Assembly: GCA_040880645.1 (NCBI GenBank)
Contig: JBBDHZ010000266.1
Coordinates: 1 to 62,917 of the forward strand
From: Minisyncoccota bacterium
Lineage (GTDB): Bacteria > Patescibacteriota > Minisyncoccia > Phycocordibacterales > CSBR16-193
DNA length: 62,917 nucleotides
Direction of reading: 5' to 3'
The notes beneath the pieces were generated by a model that saw only the letters and a program-made list of their open reading frames with translations, did no database searches and was not told the DNA's origin. Positions within the stretch are counted from its first letter, which is position 1. Each line of letters begins with the position of its first letter. The position numbers were made by a program, and so were the translations under genes. Shown here piece after piece: positions 37,983-47,413 of the stretch.

Positions 37983-38699
37983 TCAGTGGCGATAAAGATT
38001 CGTCACGGCTTCGGGTAACTCAGCGAACGAAGGGACCACAATGTCGATGGCCGGGCCAAGCGGAAACATCTCCTTGCCTGGACGAGCGACAAACGCCGTC
38101 TTCATCCCCGCCCATGCCGCACCAGCCACGTCCCAGCCGTGGGCCGCTACGAATAGGCATTCTGACACATCTACTCCGACATGCCGAGCTGCCCAGCGGT
38201 AGAGGTGCGTATGTGGCTTGTAAAAGCCGACCTCCTCCACGCTCATCGTCGATTCAAAGAAACGTTCCAGCCCCGAATTCCTCATCTGCTCGGCCAAAAC
38301 TGCCGTCGAGGAATTGGTCAGCGTAAGGAGGCGGTGTCCTTCCTGTTGCAGTCGCTCCAATGCCGGAATGACATCAGCATGAGCAGGCAGTGAACGGATT
38401 GGGGCAAGCACCTGCTTCGCACCCGCCTCATCCAACTCGATTCCCTGTTGTTTGGCGACCATTCTCAAACACGCAGCACCGATTTCGTCGAAGTTCCGAT
38501 AACGGTCTGCAACGGTAGTAACCAGCCCGTACTGAAGCATGGTGGTGAACCAAAGGGTAGCCAACTCCGGGCGACCACCGAGCGCATTCCCGACGCTCTC
38601 GTTCACGGGGCCGAGATCGAGCAGCGTTTCGTTCACGTCGAACAGGATTACTTTGGGTTCGGTCATAGTCGAGTTCCTCGTGTATCTTGCCAGAGGCAT
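37983..38699 (-). CDS. HAD-superfamily hydrolase (haloacid dehalogenase type II-like)
   Basis: VILFDVNETLLDL (the DxN/DxT nucleophile motif), then LTNSS and FVAAHGWDVAGA. The likely start is the ATG at 38666. Confidence 0.85.
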   Translation of the reverse strand: MPLARYTRNSTMTEPKVILFDVNETLLDLGPVNESVGNALGGRPELATLWFTTMLQYGLVTTVADRYRNFDEIGAACLRMVAKQQGIELDEAGAKQVLAPIRSLPAHADVIPALERLQQEGHRLLTLTNSSTAVLAEQMRNSGLERFFESTMSVEEVGFYKPHTHLYRWAARHVGVDVSECLFVAAHGWDVAGAAWAGMKTAFVARPGKEMFPLGPAIDIVVPSFAELPEAVTNLYRH

Positions 38700-39124
38700 C
38701 TTACTCGGTGGCTCGATTACACTCCTCCGCCATCGTCTCTGACATAGGTCGATTTGACGCCGCCCGGAGCCGAATGCCAGACGTGGAGGAAGAGGGTTTT
38801 CATCTGCTACGTGCGAATTCTGTCATTCAACAGTTCTCGGAGGTCGTCGTGGCTGGAAATCGCATCCACCAGTTGGCGATTGTTGCTGCTGCCCCAGGGG
38901 AATGCTATCATTCTGCTACTTTTTGATCAATTTGAAGCGGTGGCTGGGTCAAAGAAGCGAAATTGTCAACAAGAACGCCTCGCTGAGCAGGGGCAGTTCG
39001 CTCAGCTCCACTCCCGCCGATGCGTCGTCAAAGACATAGATCCGGGCCGTCTCCGATTCGCTTTCCCAGAAGAAGACCCCGTAGCCGGTGACTAAAGCCA
39101 ACCGCAAGGAGGCAGCTTCCCAAC

Positions 39125-40633
39125 ATGCTTAAGCAAATCAAGATTGCTGACATCAAGATCGGGAAACGTCACCGCAGAGACATGGGCGATCTTGCCTCCT
39201 TGGCTGACAGCATTCGGCAGATCGGACTACTACACCCGATTGGCGTGACAGAGGACTGCCGACTAGTCTTCGGGCAGCGTCGGCTCCTAGTGCAAAGGGA
39301 CATTCTCAAGAAGAACACAATCCTCGCTCATGTCATCAGCATTGACTTCATCGTCTCAGGCGAACATGCCGAAAACGAAGTCCGCAAAGATTTCACTCCT
39401 TCTGAGCGGGTCGCCATTGCTAAAGCCATCGAACAAAAGATCGGTAGCCGACAAGGGCAACGCACGGACAAGCAACTTCGGGGAAATATCCCCGATGTGT
39501 CTCCAGGCAAACGCACTCGTGAAATTGCAGCAGAGAAGGCGGGGTTCGGGAACGACAAGACTTTCCGCCAGGCCGCCCAAGTCGTCGAAAGCGGCACGCC
39601 GAATCTCGTTCAAGCAATGGACGACGGACGGGTCAGCATTTCGGCGGCGTCGATCATTGCCAATGCCAGCCCTGATGAGCAAGAAACAATCGTTGAATTG
39701 GATTCGAAGGCAATTCTTCAAGCAGCGAAGGAGATTCGAGCGAGGAACGCTGAGAAGCGGGCAGAGCATCAGGCGGCGACGACCGTTAAGCCGCAAAGCC
39801 GAACTAAAAAGCAGTCGCTAAAGGCGACTCGCCTGATCCACGGCGATTGTTGTAAGGAGATGGCGAAGCTGAGGGCAAATAGCGTTGATCTCGTCCTAAC
39901 GGACCCGCCGTATCCAGAAATCAACCGTGAGTACGGAAAGCTCACTGAGGCTAAATGGCACGAGTTAATGCATGAGGTCGTGGACCAGGGCCGCCGTGTG
40001 CTGAAACCCAGTGGATCAATGGTCGTTATCCTTCAGCCCAATTTCGAGAAAATTGGGAAAATGCGTCTTTGGTTGTGGGAGTTCATGGCATGGGCAGGCC
40101 GAGAGTGGAACGTGATCCAAGATGCGTACTGGTGGAATCACGGGTGTTTGCCATCGGTAAGCTCGAACCGCAAGCACGGCTTGATGCGTCAATCGGTAAA
40201 AACGTGCGTGTGGTTGGGACCAGCAGATTGCTACCGCAACCAGGACGATGTGCTTTGGCTTCCGTCTGACGACAACTTCGCCCAGTCCAAGTCGGATGCA
40301 GCCATGCGAGTTGCCCCGTCAGGCCAGCATTATCGTGGGTCGAGGATCGGTGATACCGTCGCCGAGCGTGGCGGATCAACTCCCTTCAACTTGCTACCGG
40401 TAGCCGCAGGAGGCGGGGCTGCGGCAAACAATAGTCACCCAGCCTCCACTCCGTATGCCGTTGCTGCCTGGTGGGTGAAATATCTTTTGCCGAACAAGGG
40501 TGTATTGCTCGACTGCTTCGCAGGTTCAGGAACAATGCTTCTGGCGGGCTTGGATTTTGGAGCGTCGAGAGTCATCGGAATTGAAAAGCAAAAGAAGTAT
40601 CTCAAAATCGCAGAGAAACGGCTCTGCGAGTGA
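39125..40633 (+). CDS. ParB-like N-terminal domain fused to a DNA methyltransferase (beta-class N6A/N4C)
   Basis: ParB-N: IKIGKRHRRDMGDL..LADSIRQIGLLHPI. Motif IV DLVLTDPPYP precedes motif I VLDCFAGSGTMLLAG. Confidence 0.9.
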   Translation: MLKQIKIADIKIGKRHRRDMGDLASLADSIRQIGLLHPIGVTEDCRLVFGQRRLLVQRDILKKNTILAHVISIDFIVSGEHAENEVRKDFTPSERVAIAKAIEQKIGSRQGQRTDKQLRGNIPDVSPGKRTREIAAEKAGFGNDKTFRQAAQVVESGTPNLVQAMDDGRVSISAASIIANASPDEQETIVELDSKAILQAAKEIRARNAEKRAEHQAATTVKPQSRTKKQSLKATRLIHGDCCKEMAKLRANSVDLVLTDPPYPEINREYGKLTEAKWHELMHEVVDQGRRVLKPSGSMVVILQPNFEKIGKMRLWLWEFMAWAGREWNVIQDAYWWNHGCLPSVSSNRKHGLMRQSVKTCVWLGPADCYRNQDDVLWLPSDDNFAQSKSDAAMRVAPSGQHYRGSRIGDTVAERGGSTPFNLLPVAAGGGAAANNSHPASTPYAVAAWWVKYLLPNKGVLLDCFAGSGTMLLAGLDFGASRVIGIEKQKKYLKIAEKRLCE

Positions 40634-40696
40634 CCGACCAACGCTGCCGTCGCATGATTGTCTCGAAATGTTCATGTAACTGCCTCGATGACTACC

Positions 40697-40906
40697 TTAC
40701 ACGCCTCTACCATCGTCTTGAGCGGCTCTGGATCGGCTATTCAACGATCGCAACTGATGGCGAGACTTGGCAGGCCACTGCTCTGGCTCCACAAGCGACG
40801 GCTCATCAGGCGACGGTTTCCGCTGGCTTGCCCAACCCCTGAAGAGAGCCGTGATGACTGTAGCGCTCATGCCAGCCATTTTTGCGATGGTGATTGTCTG
40901 GTTCAT
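40697..40906 (-). CDS. small putative HTH protein
   Basis: MNQTITIAKMAGMSATVITALFRG. The ATG overlaps the stop of the upstream small ORF (ATGA at 40903-40906). Confidence 0.4.
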   Translation of the reverse strand: MNQTITIAKMAGMSATVITALFRGWASQRKPSPDEPSLVEPEQWPAKSRHQLRSLNSRSRAAQDDGRGV

Positions 40907-41136
40907 TCGGTGATCGGGCCGTGCTCTGATTCGTCCGGCTCCGCCTTTTCCACAGCAGCTTCGTAGACTGCCGCCGCCGCTTTTGCCATCGACTGCAACG
41001 TGCGCTGTGATGGCATCAGCGGATATTTCCACTTCTTGTTCCGCACGATAACGACTTCTGCCATCGCCTCTGCGAGTTCTCGTTCGAGCTTGTTGGTGGT
41101 TCGCTTGTCCATGGGGAGTTCTTTGGGTGTGGGCAT
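40903..41136 (-). CDS. small hypothetical protein
   Basis: ATG at 41136 (MPTPKELPMDKR...), 77 aa, coupled to the downstream small ORF. Confidence 0.45.
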   Translation of the reverse strand: MPTPKELPMDKRTTNKLERELAEAMAEVVIVRNKKWKYPLMPSQRTLQSMAKAAAAVYEAAVEKAEPDESEHGPITE

Positions 41137-41536
41137 GTTTACGCATTCAGCATCGACTTGAGTGAAGGTGGATCGGGCGATCATTACCTGTATCCCGGTC
41201 GGGCCGATCCTACGGGAAGGCCAGTGATCGTCGGTTACTCTATTTCTGCGTTGAGGCATAGAATCGCAACACTTCGCAATCAATGCAGCGGTAGGCTATG
41301 ATCGGCACTCCACTTTTTCAACGGACATCGATGCCGCTCATTTTGAAGCCGAAGGCGGTGGATGGTCTTGGCTCGCCTCTGTGCCAGAACGTCTGTTTCA
41401 CCGCTCCGTAGGTAAGGTTGGGAACGAAGCCCTTCTCCATCTGGCTTCCACAGTCTGGACAAAGTTGGTTCGCTCATTGGGATCTTTTGCTACTTGATTC
41501 TATTGGCGAACAATCTGCTGAGCCGAATCGTGTACA

Positions 41537-42277
41537 ATGCTCGAAAGACATCAGCCTGATAATTGCCCACGGGGAACGACAATGGCAGCGAAAAAAGCCA
41601 AGCGGCCAAACGACTCACCAGCGACAAAGAAAGATCTTACGGCCACCACAGCAAAAGCCGTTTTGTCCTCCATCCCTGTTCCGGGAGCCGGTGCTTTTGC
41701 AGCCTTTCTTGACGATTACTATCCCGATCAGGTTAGGCGGCAGATCAACGATTTCAAGGAGGTTCTTCTTGAGCACGCCGAGCGGATTGACCAGCTGAAC
41801 TGCGACCACGAGCGGCTAGCTAGCCTGACGAGTCAGGTCTTGCTCGAAATCCCGAAGACAACATCTGAAGACAAGCGAAAGGCATTTCGTGCGATATTGC
41901 TCAACTATGCAAGTGGAAAATCGGCTACACCGCACGAGCTTGACGCTTTCGTGTCCATCTTGTCGCCGCTCACTGACCTGGAGATGGAGATACTAAGGGT
42001 CGCAGAGTCTCCGAGAGATTGCGCTCTCGAAGAAGACCTGGTCTTCGCAGGAAGTGTGACGGGAGAACTACCCATCCCACTGCGTAAAATTATTGAAAAC
42101 GTTTCCGAAGACATTCTGATGTTTGCTTACAACGGCCTGAGGGATAAACAACTTATCGATGCACGAAGAATACCAGGAGCGGGAGTGGGATGTGAGCTGC
42201 GTCTCGAACACCTCGAATTGTCGTCATTCGGAAGCAGTTTTCTCGACTGGATTAAACTAGAAGAACGATCAAAATAA
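41537..42277 (+). CDS. hypothetical protein
   Basis: 246-aa ORF. The likely start is 41582 (MAAKKAKRP). No recognised motif. Confidence 0.55.
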   Translation: MLERHQPDNCPRGTTMAAKKAKRPNDSPATKKDLTATTAKAVLSSIPVPGAGAFAAFLDDYYPDQVRRQINDFKEVLLEHAERIDQLNCDHERLASLTSQVLLEIPKTTSEDKRKAFRAILLNYASGKSATPHELDAFVSILSPLTDLEMEILRVAESPRDCALEEDLVFAGSVTGELPIPLRKIIENVSEDILMFAYNGLRDKQLIDARRIPGAGVGCELRLEHLELSSFGSSFLDWIKLEERSK

Positions 42278-42281
42278 TTGT

Positions 42282-42746
42282 TTATAATTGGCTCTGCTCA
42301 CACGCCTGCACCATCGCCTTTAGCGACTCCTCATCAGCCAATCGATGATCGTTCCCAACGACAACCAGCGACTCAGAGGGGAGGTCGCTGTTGACAAGAA
42401 GCTCCAGGGAGTTGCTGAAGGGGATCGTTTCGTCGGCTTTGCTGTGCAGGATGACCGTGTTCGGCTTGATCGTCTTAACGGTGCCCCAGTTCTTCCATGC
42501 TGGGCACAGAAGGACGAGCGGCGTGTCTTTGGATTCAATGTTCATGGCGACGGCACCGCCACGAGATGAGCCAACGACGACATCAGGCTCGTGCTCGTCG
42601 TGCTGGGCTTGGGCGGTGCGGACGGCGGCATCGAAGTCGTCTTCGTGGAGTGTTGGATTGATGACGGAGTGACCGTGGCTCTTGAGGTAGGTCGGCTTCA
42701 CGCCGCCCGGAGCCGAGTGCCAGCCGTGGAGATAGAGGATTATCAT
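42282..42746 (-). CDS. small alpha/beta-fold esterase (YqiA-like)
   Basis: IILYLHGWHSAP, a nucleophile elbow VVGSSRGG, and VILHSKADETIPF. Confidence 0.75.
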   Translation of the reverse strand: MIILYLHGWHSAPGGVKPTYLKSHGHSVINPTLHEDDFDAAVRTAQAQHDEHEPDVVVGSSRGGAVAMNIESKDTPLVLLCPAWKNWGTVKTIKPNTVILHSKADETIPFSNSLELLVNSDLPSESLVVVGNDHRLADEESLKAMVQACEQSQL

Positions 42747-42778
42747 TTGAATCAGCTTTGCCCATATGCAACAGGAGA

Positions 42779-43633
42779 TTATTGGCTAAGGATTCGCATG
42801 GTTTTTGGTCCAAGCTGCCTGGCCTCTTCGTTAGTAGGGGGGATATCAAAAGCTTCTTGCCAATGGGTCAGTTGGTACTCGGGTAACCTCTCCAGCACTT
42901 GCTGGGCTACTTTGGATATGTAGCCGTCTGCGGAAACGGAATCCCGCAACCCGTCAACTAGCGTATTGAAACTTTGGACGAGATTGCGCCGAGCCAGTCG
43001 CTCAAGAGCAAATAGATGTGCGTAGGCCTCAGCCGCAATCACGTCTAGATGCCGGCTAGGAACGTCAAAGTTAATCCCTCGCTCCAGATCCTCGACGTGA
43101 CCAATCTCGTGAACCAGCGAAATAATCTTGAACGCATACTTTAGCTCATGGTGCTGAACCGAAGTCTGTACGGAACGTCGGATGAGTATTACGCTTCGCA
43201 CGTTACCAGCAGAGTCGTGGAATGCGCTCATCGATCCGCAAAGGTTGGCGTCCAGAGGACTACTTCCATAGTCAGCAAAGGTATCTTCGATCTTGAAGAA
43301 CACTTGCTCCAAGTCGCTATAACCAAATTGTGACCATTCCTGCGTCTCGGCTGCGAATGTCTGATCATCAACTTCGTGAACTCCAAGAAGGGAGGGGTAA
43401 GCCGCTTTTGCCGCCTCTACTGTGCGGTGAAACTCCTCGGAGTAAGAGTCGAGATAATCGTAAAACGGAAGATCACATCCCCGGCTCCGCAGAAGCGCTT
43501 TCATATGGGGGGCTTTCGCCCGAAACTCTTTAATTGTCGCTTTTTCTTGACGCCATTTACGATTCCTCTGTTCCTTCTCAGCGTTCTTCTTCGTGTGCTT
43601 CTTATTCTTATTCTTATTTGCGTTCTTGCTCAT
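42779..43633 (-). CDS. putative zinc metalloprotease (HExxH) with lysine-rich N-terminus
   Basis: ATG at 43633 after GGAGG. N-terminus MSKNANKNKNKKHTKKN. Motif SLVHEIGHVED. Confidence 0.65.
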   Translation of the reverse strand: MSKNANKNKNKKHTKKNAEKEQRNRKWRQEKATIKEFRAKAPHMKALLRSRGCDLPFYDYLDSYSEEFHRTVEAAKAAYPSLLGVHEVDDQTFAAETQEWSQFGYSDLEQVFFKIEDTFADYGSSPLDANLCGSMSAFHDSAGNVRSVILIRRSVQTSVQHHELKYAFKIISLVHEIGHVEDLERGINFDVPSRHLDVIAAEAYAHLFALERLARRNLVQSFNTLVDGLRDSVSADGYISKVAQQVLERLPEYQLTHWQEAFDIPPTNEEARQLGPKTMRILSQ

Positions 43634-43714
43634 ACAGTCTCGCCTCCGTTTAAAGTAAACTTTTCTGTCCGCTCCACTCGTCTCTGTTTTGGCAGTGCCG
43701 CAGGGCACCGCCAG

Positions 43715-44635
43715 TCACCGAGGGCCTAGTCGATCAAAGAGGCTCTTCAGCGTGGTGCAAACCGTCGAAAGCGGCGTCGCCAGTTGCTCAACATGCTTTA
43801 ATTCGGCGGGAGCGGCAAACGTGACGGGGTTCAGTCCAAGCAGATCACTTGGCATCTTCAGATCCAGTCCCCTGGGGCACACTATCACGGTGCGTTCCCT
43901 TCCTAGTTGCCCCATGAACAAACCGAGTTCAAAGACGACGTTGTCTCTCGGTGCTACCGACTGTTTCCGGCGACTCCGAGTCACGTCGTCAGGCATTACC
44001 ACCGCCACAGCGAAATCTGCTGCCGCCACTTCCCGCTCAAGGTCCTCCATGGCCTGCTTCATAGGGCCGAATACCTGATCTGTCCAGACTTTGACATCGC
44101 TAGTGTGATGGTCCAGCTTCAATTGAATCTGTTCGGCAATTGCGAGGTATTCGCTCGATGAGCAAACGAAGACGTGCGGAACCTCGTTTGGACGGCGGAT
44201 CATCTGGTTGCGGTTCCGAAGCCGGTCGCACAGTTCCACTGCTACTCGCCGCCAGAGAGCCGGAAACTCTTCGGCAGCACAAGCGAAGGCAGGCTCAGCA
44301 ACTCTTGCAACAACTGTTTTTTCTGCGGCAATCACGTCTGCGCTTCTTTTGGCCTTGCAGTCGATCAATGCCATCTCGCCGACGTGCGTACCAGCCTGCC
44401 GAATAGCCACCAACCTGCCGTTGGCCTCGATTCGGAGACTACCCGCAACGATCAAGAATAGGTCGTTGTCTTCGTCATCCTGCGAGATCAGCACTTCGCC
44501 AGATGCCAACTCGGATGGTTCGGCTACTTCAAGCAAGCGATCTGCAATTGCATGATCTCCCTTGACGAGCGATTGATTCAACAAAGCATCCCGCAAGAGT
44601 CGCTTCCCGTCACCGCCCTGGAATCGTTCGATCAT
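43715..44635 (-). CDS. cyclic-nucleotide-binding domain + TIR-like (COG4271/CAP12-type) effector
   Basis: CNB: GEVLISQDDEDNDLFLIVAGSLRI...GTHVGEMALI..KRSADVIA. C-terminal half: VFVCSSSEYL...DFAVAVVMPDD...PRDNVVFELGLFMGQLGRERTVIV. ATG at 44635 (MIERFQGG). Confidence 0.85.
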   Translation of the reverse strand: MIERFQGGDGKRLLRDALLNQSLVKGDHAIADRLLEVAEPSELASGEVLISQDDEDNDLFLIVAGSLRIEANGRLVAIRQAGTHVGEMALIDCKAKRSADVIAAEKTVVARVAEPAFACAAEEFPALWRRVAVELCDRLRNRNQMIRRPNEVPHVFVCSSSEYLAIAEQIQLKLDHHTSDVKVWTDQVFGPMKQAMEDLEREVAAADFAVAVVMPDDVTRSRRKQSVAPRDNVVFELGLFMGQLGRERTVIVCPRGLDLKMPSDLLGLNPVTFAAPAELKHVEQLATPLSTVCTTLKSLFDRLGPR

Positions 44636-44666
44636 TGGCTGCGGTCTCCCATCACGCCTGGCCGAG

Positions 44667-45242
44667 CTACAGTTTTCCCAAATGACATTTCTTGAACTTC
44701 TTGCCGCTCCCGCACGGACATGCATCATTTCTGCCCACCCCACCGATTTCCTGAATTGCTTCACGGATGCCCTCAATCCCGTGTGAACGGTCCGGCCCGG
44801 GCCATTCGGCAACACCGCCACGCAGATTCTTTTCAATCAGTCGTTGCTGGTATATTCTTTCCTTGAGCAAGAAGGTGTGAATGACGGCGAACAACTCGTT
44901 CAGCGATGTGTCGGCGGCGAATGTAATCCCCGACTCTGCTGGCACGAAGAGGCACAGTTTCCAATCGGATTCAATGTGACTATTGCGCTCTTTTTCCCAC
45001 CGATCTCTGTGGCTTTCAAGGTATACCGAGGGAGGCTGGTTGCGGGCCGGGAAATTCGTCGGATAAACGATCCGCAAGCTGACGGCCTCGTACAGATGGC
45101 CATGCTGCGAGTAGAGATTGAAGACGCCACGGATGCAGGCGAGGCCGTCGCTTCCAATTTCGGCTCTGCACTCGTCCAAAATCTCGGAAGCGATTTCCTG
45201 CTCCCGCCGCCAACGTTCCGGCGTAATACTGTGCCAAGACAC
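44667..45242 (-). CDS. Prok-E2 (UBC-fold)-like protein with C-terminal SEC-C zinc motif
   Basis: UBC-like YEAVSLRIVYPTNFPARNQPPSVYLES...NSHIESDWKLCLFVP. The protein ends DACPCGSGKKFKKCH. A GTG at 45242 lies 4 nt after the cyclase stop, with GGAG 7 nt upstream. Confidence 0.7.
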   Translation of the reverse strand: MSWHSITPERWRREQEIASEILDECRAEIGSDGLACIRGVFNLYSQHGHLYEAVSLRIVYPTNFPARNQPPSVYLESHRDRWEKERNSHIESDWKLCLFVPAESGITFAADTSLNELFAVIHTFLLKERIYQQRLIEKNLRGGVAEWPGPDRSHGIEGIREAIQEIGGVGRNDACPCGSGKKFKKCHLGKL

Positions 45243-45246
45243 TTGG

Positions 45247-46809
45247 TTACTCCGACATCCATGGGGTGCTGTTCCGCCACGGCTTCGCCGCCGTGTTGCC
45301 ACCCGTCGTGACCTGGATTCGCCCGTTAACGACGGTCGCACCGAGACTGCCAGCTTCCGCTGCCTTTTCCTCCCTCGTCTCATCGAGTTTCAGGAACGTC
45401 AGGTCCGTGGCAACATATGCGTTTCCACGCTTCGTGAATTGCTCCGTGACATTCTCATCTTCAAGCTGTTCGTAGATTTCGGTGGAGATGCGGATTTGTT
45501 TTGCGCCGGAAAGACGCTGAAGACGCTCGGCCTCGGTGACTTCCGGCCCGAAGCAGATCGTGATGCGTTTGCCCTTCTTGCCGAGCCTCGTGACGAATGC
45601 CTTGCCAACGTCCAACCCAACGGCGACGTTGATGTCCTCCCGGTCAGCGAGATGTTCATTGAGTACCTGTTCCATCGACGATTGCAGGCCAATGGCGAGA
45701 TCGACCGCATCTTGGCAGCGAGTGTCATGGTTGCCGCTACCACTGGGCAAGTGCAGCAGGCCGAGGATGCAGTCACCACGGTGTTGCAGAACCAGCCCAT
45801 CGAAATCGCTGGAGACGACCGAGTGGAACTCGGCCCGGATCATGTGAAACTGCCGGATCAGACTGACAACCTTTTCGTCCGTTTCTGCCTCCTGAACGTA
45901 GCGGGTGAAGCCGTCAAGGTCGGCATAGAAGGCAACCGCCGCCGTCCGCTTGCACTTCTGCTCGCTGAGCTTCGTGACATCGATCAGCGTCGTGGCGTCC
46001 GAGATCGTGATTTTATCCAGCGGAAGATCGTCTTTGTGCTTCTGAGTCTTATTCTTCCACTTCTCTTCGTGCCACGTCACGCCGAGTTCGTCAGCCAACT
46101 CCGGTTTGCAACTCCAGCGAAGGCCGGACGCTCTGTAGGTCTGCACGCCAGACACCTCGGCGTCTTTGCTGAAGTGCTTCCTCAGACATTCCGGCAGCAC
46201 CTCGTACATCTCAGCGGTTACGGTAACGGAATCCCGCCCGCCAATGATCTTCGCCGCAAGGTTGGCGCAGGTGCCGAGGGAAATCAGTTCCCGTTTTCCG
46301 TTCTTTCCGATGTTGGCGAGGTAACAGGTGCCGCTAGCCAAGCCGACAGCGCTGCTGAAGTTGCGAACATCGCCGAAAACCCCGTTGAACACGTCCAGGA
46401 CATAGGTATTCTGCGTAATGGCGTGAATCACGGCGATTTTAGCCCGCTCGGCGTTTTTCGGATCTCCTTTCCCGTTGTAAGGCTTGAAAACTAGACCGTG
46501 CGCTCGGACGGTCTGCCGCTGAATATCGCCGACTCCGCCCTGCTCCATGAGTTCACGCTGAATCCGGCGCAGAATACTAGAGGCACGAATCAACTTCCGC
46601 TGTTTCTGCTGGTCGTTTCCGGCGTCATCCACCGCACGATGGAAGTTGGGCACATCGACGTAGAGGTGAACTCCCTGTGCCCGGCGAACGTCCTTTTTGC
46701 CGAGTTTTGAAAAGTCCATCGACCGGGACATGTCTTGGACGTTCACCTCAAAATCGCTGAAGTCGTTTTTCTGGACTCGCTCCTGAGCCCGTTTTTCATT
46801 CCACGCCAT
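45247..46809 (-). CDS. tandem class III nucleotidyl cyclase-domain protein (degenerate N-domain + intact C-domain)
   Basis: C-domain: VAFYADLDGFTRYV, VLQHRGDCILGLL, VAVGLDVGKAFVTRLG...FGPEVTEAERLQ. N-domain: VHLYVDVPNFHR, VRAHGLVF, SAVGLASGTCYLANIG..LGTCANLAAKI (metal-binding Asp residues partly lost). Confidence 0.85.
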   Translation of the reverse strand: MAWNEKRAQERVQKNDFSDFEVNVQDMSRSMDFSKLGKKDVRRAQGVHLYVDVPNFHRAVDDAGNDQQKQRKLIRASSILRRIQRELMEQGGVGDIQRQTVRAHGLVFKPYNGKGDPKNAERAKIAVIHAITQNTYVLDVFNGVFGDVRNFSSAVGLASGTCYLANIGKNGKRELISLGTCANLAAKIIGGRDSVTVTAEMYEVLPECLRKHFSKDAEVSGVQTYRASGLRWSCKPELADELGVTWHEEKWKNKTQKHKDDLPLDKITISDATTLIDVTKLSEQKCKRTAAVAFYADLDGFTRYVQEAETDEKVVSLIRQFHMIRAEFHSVVSSDFDGLVLQHRGDCILGLLHLPSGSGNHDTRCQDAVDLAIGLQSSMEQVLNEHLADREDINVAVGLDVGKAFVTRLGKKGKRITICFGPEVTEAERLQRLSGAKQIRISTEIYEQLEDENVTEQFTKRGNAYVATDLTFLKLDETREEKAAEAGSLGATVVNGRIQVTTGGNTAAKPWRNSTPWMSE

Positions 46810-47002
46810 TTCGATTTCTCCATGCCAGATCGAGCAAATAAATAGAATTGCTAGCAGACTCGCTGCAATCGCTACAGTCTATCGGTTCGCTATGCAGGAA
46901 GTCAAGCGGCTCACTTGCAGAACCGCCGAATTGAAGCGGACGGAGGAATGCCGTAGGATTTCGTTTTCTAATTACGGAATTAATCGAGAGAGAGCGTGCC
47001 GA

Positions 47003-47413
47003 ATGGCCACCGTGGGGGATCGAATCAGAGATCGTCGAGAAAAGCTCGGCTGGAAGCAGGACGACTTGGCCAGCAAGGCCGGGATCAGTAAGAGTTTTCT
47101 TTCAGACCTAGAAAATGGAAAGCGAAAGGTTGGAGCCGACAAGCTCCTTGACATTGCCCGTGCCCTGAGCTTGTCGCTCGATTACCTAATGACCGGAAGG
47201 GATGCCGAGAACGCATCGCAAGCCGCCCGTGACGTACAAATACCCACGGCGCTGGCCGAGTTCGCTGAAGACGAAGGGCTAACTTTTCGGCAGACCATCG
47301 CCCTGCTGGATATGCAGAACCAGATCATCGCCCACCGAAGCAGCACAAAGAAAGGTAATCTGGAAAAAATCGATTGGCAGAAGTTCTACGAAGCCGTGAA
47401 GGAATTCCTGTGA
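47003..47413 (+). CDS. XRE-family HTH regulator (CapH-like)
   Basis: GDRIRDRREKLGWKQDDLASKAGISKSFLSDLENGKRKVGADKLLDIARAL. It is divergent from the cyclase operon. Confidence 0.85.
   Translation: MATVGDRIRDRREKLGWKQDDLASKAGISKSFLSDLENGKRKVGADKLLDIARALSLSLDYLMTGRDAENASQAARDVQIPTALAEFAEDEGLTFRQTIALLDMQNQIIAHRSSTKKGNLEKIDWQKFYEAVKEFL

Noticed and set aside
41280-41477. 65-aa minus-strand ORF and overlapping plus-strand ORF 41418..41798
   Set aside because: They overlap each other and have no RBS or motif. The region more likely holds the promoter and 5' UTR of the 41537..42277 gene.
45118-46494. 458-aa plus-strand ORF
   Set aside because: It is antisense to the cyclase gene, which has clear class III cyclase motifs. 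The translation is low-complexity and R/L/P-rich, so I treat it as a shadow ORF.
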